Source: Myxococcota bacterium
Lineage (GTDB): Bacteria; Myxococcota; SpSt-1050
DNA: 25,439 bases
Assembly: GCA_049969675.1 (NCBI GenBank)
Contig: JBMFOP010000046.1
Coordinates: 1 to 25,439, forward strand
Reading direction: 5' to 3'
Position 1 is the stretch's first letter; every line of letters begins with the position of its first letter. A program made the position numbers and the translations under genes. A model generated the notes under the pieces. It searched no databases, was not told the DNA's origin, and worked only from the letters and a program-made list of their open reading frames with translations. Shown in pieces: positions 23,554-25,439 of the stretch.

Positions 23554-25089
23554 ATGAAAGATCATACATACAGCTATTCCAGTAATCTTAAACTGCAAGA
23601 AAATGCCAAAAAATCAGTAAGAAAAATTATATGGACAGTGATATTCTTTATACTTATCTGGACAGTGGTTATACTGGTGGCATGCCAGGGAAGAGAGGGG
23701 TTGCTGAATACTGAAAGAGAAGTAGCCGATGTGTATCTGGCTGATCAATGGAATCCTGATGCCACAAATGATGTTGAGGTAGACCCTGAGAGACTGATAT
23801 CAGAGTGGTGCGAGCCAATGGCAAAACTAACCTGTGAGGCAGCAATACAATGTGGCTGTAAAAATGTACCTGGTTATCCATCAGATTTAGATAATTGCAT
23901 CTCTAAAGCCACAACATTTTGTGCGGACAAAGTGAAAAATACATTTGAGTTAGTTCAGGCAGGTCAACTTGTCATTTACATTAATGAAGTTTCAAAGTGC
24001 CTGAAGGTTATGGAAAGAGCGCTTAGCGTATGTGCTATTCCGAATCCTTTTGTGTTTTCAGTGGATTGTGTGCTCTTTGCGTCCCCGGCACATATAGGTG
24101 AACCCTGTATGGACGCATTGTGTGACGGTGGAGCAGGCTGGTGCGCCCCACCAGGGGTGTGTAAGCCTCTTCCCAAAATAGGTGAGCCCTGTGAAGCATC
24201 TATCTGCGCAGCAGGGTTAAGGTGTGATGATGGGATATGCAGGGTGCCGGGAACAGATGGAACACTGTGCGACCGTGATTCTCAATGTGCGGATCCTTTA
24301 TTGTGTATCTCTGGACGCTGTGTGAATCCTCCTTCTGAAGAACCCGGTATAAAATGCACAGACCCATCAACCTGCCCTAAGGGTACATATTGTCTTGCTA
24401 CTACACAAAGGACCTGCCGCCCCAAATCTAATGTTGGCGAGCAGTGCGCCGCGGATGATTGTGTGGATGAAGCCTATTGTCACGAACATCTCTGTGTCTT
24501 ACGTCCAGAGGCTGGAAGTCCGTGTGGTGATGGCTATGAATGTGCAATAAATCTTGCCTGTGATCCATCAAACGGGATTTGTGCTCCACAACCTGGACCT
24601 GGTGAGCCCTGTGCTCTTGGTAAGTATGGTCCGGTTGTATGTTCATCCGGGCTTTATTGCAGAGATGGGGTATGCCAGCCTCCCCCTGGTGAAGGAGAGC
24701 CCTGTGCTATTGGAGAGGACGGAATGCCAGTATGTATGGATGGACTGGGCTGTGCTTTTCTGGATTCTGGCAGTTCCATATGTACAGCTCAGGTAGAAAA
24801 AGGGTCTTTTTGCACAAACGATTCCAACTGCAAAGAGGGTCTATTTTGTGATTTTTCTACCTCCACCTGTACACCTTTTTATGAAACAGGCCAGCGCTGT
24901 TACTACGATAATGAATGTGGGCCTTTGAGTGCTTGTGTTCAGTCATCGGCAGGCCTTGACCATATATGCAGAGATATACCACAGAAAGACGAGTTATGTA
25001 ATGGTAGGTGCGCTGAAGGACTGGTCTGCCGTCCCGTTGCCACCTATGGTATTTGTGCACCATCAGTGTGCACCGCGATTCCATTTTAG
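23554..25089 (+). CDS. cysteine-rich repeat (Dickkopf/EB-like) exported lipoprotein
   Basis: Hydrophobic segment ending in LVAC and many 'GEPC...C..GL.C..G.C' repeats. GGAGG RBS; start is TTG 23551 or ATG 23554. Confidence 0.85.
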   Translation: MKDHTYSYSSNLKLQENAKKSVRKIIWTVIFFILIWTVVILVACQGREGLLNTEREVADVYLADQWNPDATNDVEVDPERLISEWCEPMAKLTCEAAIQCGCKNVPGYPSDLDNCISKATTFCADKVKNTFELVQAGQLVIYINEVSKCLKVMERALSVCAIPNPFVFSVDCVLFASPAHIGEPCMDALCDGGAGWCAPPGVCKPLPKIGEPCEASICAAGLRCDDGICRVPGTDGTLCDRDSQCADPLLCISGRCVNPPSEEPGIKCTDPSTCPKGTYCLATTQRTCRPKSNVGEQCAADDCVDEAYCHEHLCVLRPEAGSPCGDGYECAINLACDPSNGICAPQPGPGEPCALGKYGPVVCSSGLYCRDGVCQPPPGEGEPCAIGEDGMPVCMDGLGCAFLDSGSSICTAQVEKGSFCTNDSNCKEGLFCDFSTSTCTPFYETGQRCYYDNECGPLSACVQSSAGLDHICRDIPQKDELCNGRCAEGLVCRPVATYGICAPSVCTAIPF

Positions 25090-25115
25090 GTGGGTGCATA
25101 TTCTTAATCTTAAGA

Positions 25116-25439
25116 TGTTATTAAATCTTACTCTGATAAGGGCTTTGTAAGAACGAGGCGGATATTATAGAAGTCCTGCTGAAAGGGTCTCTGATAAGGG
25201 GGGAGGAAGGAAGGAAGATTGGAAGATGGATTTTCTATCTCCCTGGACATCAAAAAACTTAGTTAAAGAATCTGCGTCAGAAGGCATTGACTTAAAAAGA
25301 TTTTGATCCATAATTAAATACCTCCTTTCCCACATCTTTTATGTCTTGAATATCCCTTCATTAATCTCAATTCTTTTTGCTTCTCTGCCCATAGAAATTT
25401 TCTCTTTTCTAAAAGCAACCTAACTTCCCAATTTTTAAG
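25116..25439 (-). mobile_element. possible right end of an IS-like element (3' end of an ORF entering from the window edge, a small ORF and direct repeats)
   Basis: A minus-strand basic ORF tail LKNWEVRLLLEKRKFLWAEKQKELR...GGI* runs in from 25439. AAAGGAGGT plus ATG 25311 gives a 48-aa ORF to 25165. CTCTGATAAGGG is repeated at 25131-25142 and 25189-25200. Confidence 0.3.

Overview
AT-rich bacterial chromosome segment at the probable replication origin. Gene content (long-insert GyrB, tandem PilT, Myxococcus-type PilZ, PhaR-like regulator, PKD and Cys-rich lipoproteins) suggests a low-GC deltaproteobacterium or Myxococcota relative; this is inference. Order: dnaA, oriC-like spacer, dnaN, gyrB (no recF or gyrA), a collapsed TPR/FecR locus, and a minus-strand pilT-pilT-hypothetical operon. 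Next is a decaying integron-like island (about 8.9-12.2 kb): a truncated HARP-like/tyrosine-recombinase gene, three attC-like sites, cassettes for an HNH/methyltransferase and two toxin-antitoxin systems, a mini-IS4 and several tiny palindromic insertions. The rest is a lipoprotein, tgt, a degenerate acyl-CoA ligase, hypA-hypB-hypothetical, phaR-like plus patatin, PilZ, a PKD lipoprotein, alaS, a Cys-rich lipoprotein and a possible IS end. Most notable: (i) the same-orientation integron whose attC sites and integrase are invaded by 16-62 bp palindromic micro-elements; (ii) a DnaA with an altered recognition helix beside non-canonical WTWTNAACA boxes and a DnaA-trio-like tract; (iii) two PilT paralogues that have each lost a different His-box histidine; (iv) repeated deletion-fusion scars in accessory genes. 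All family assignments are by eye from motifs; no database search was run.
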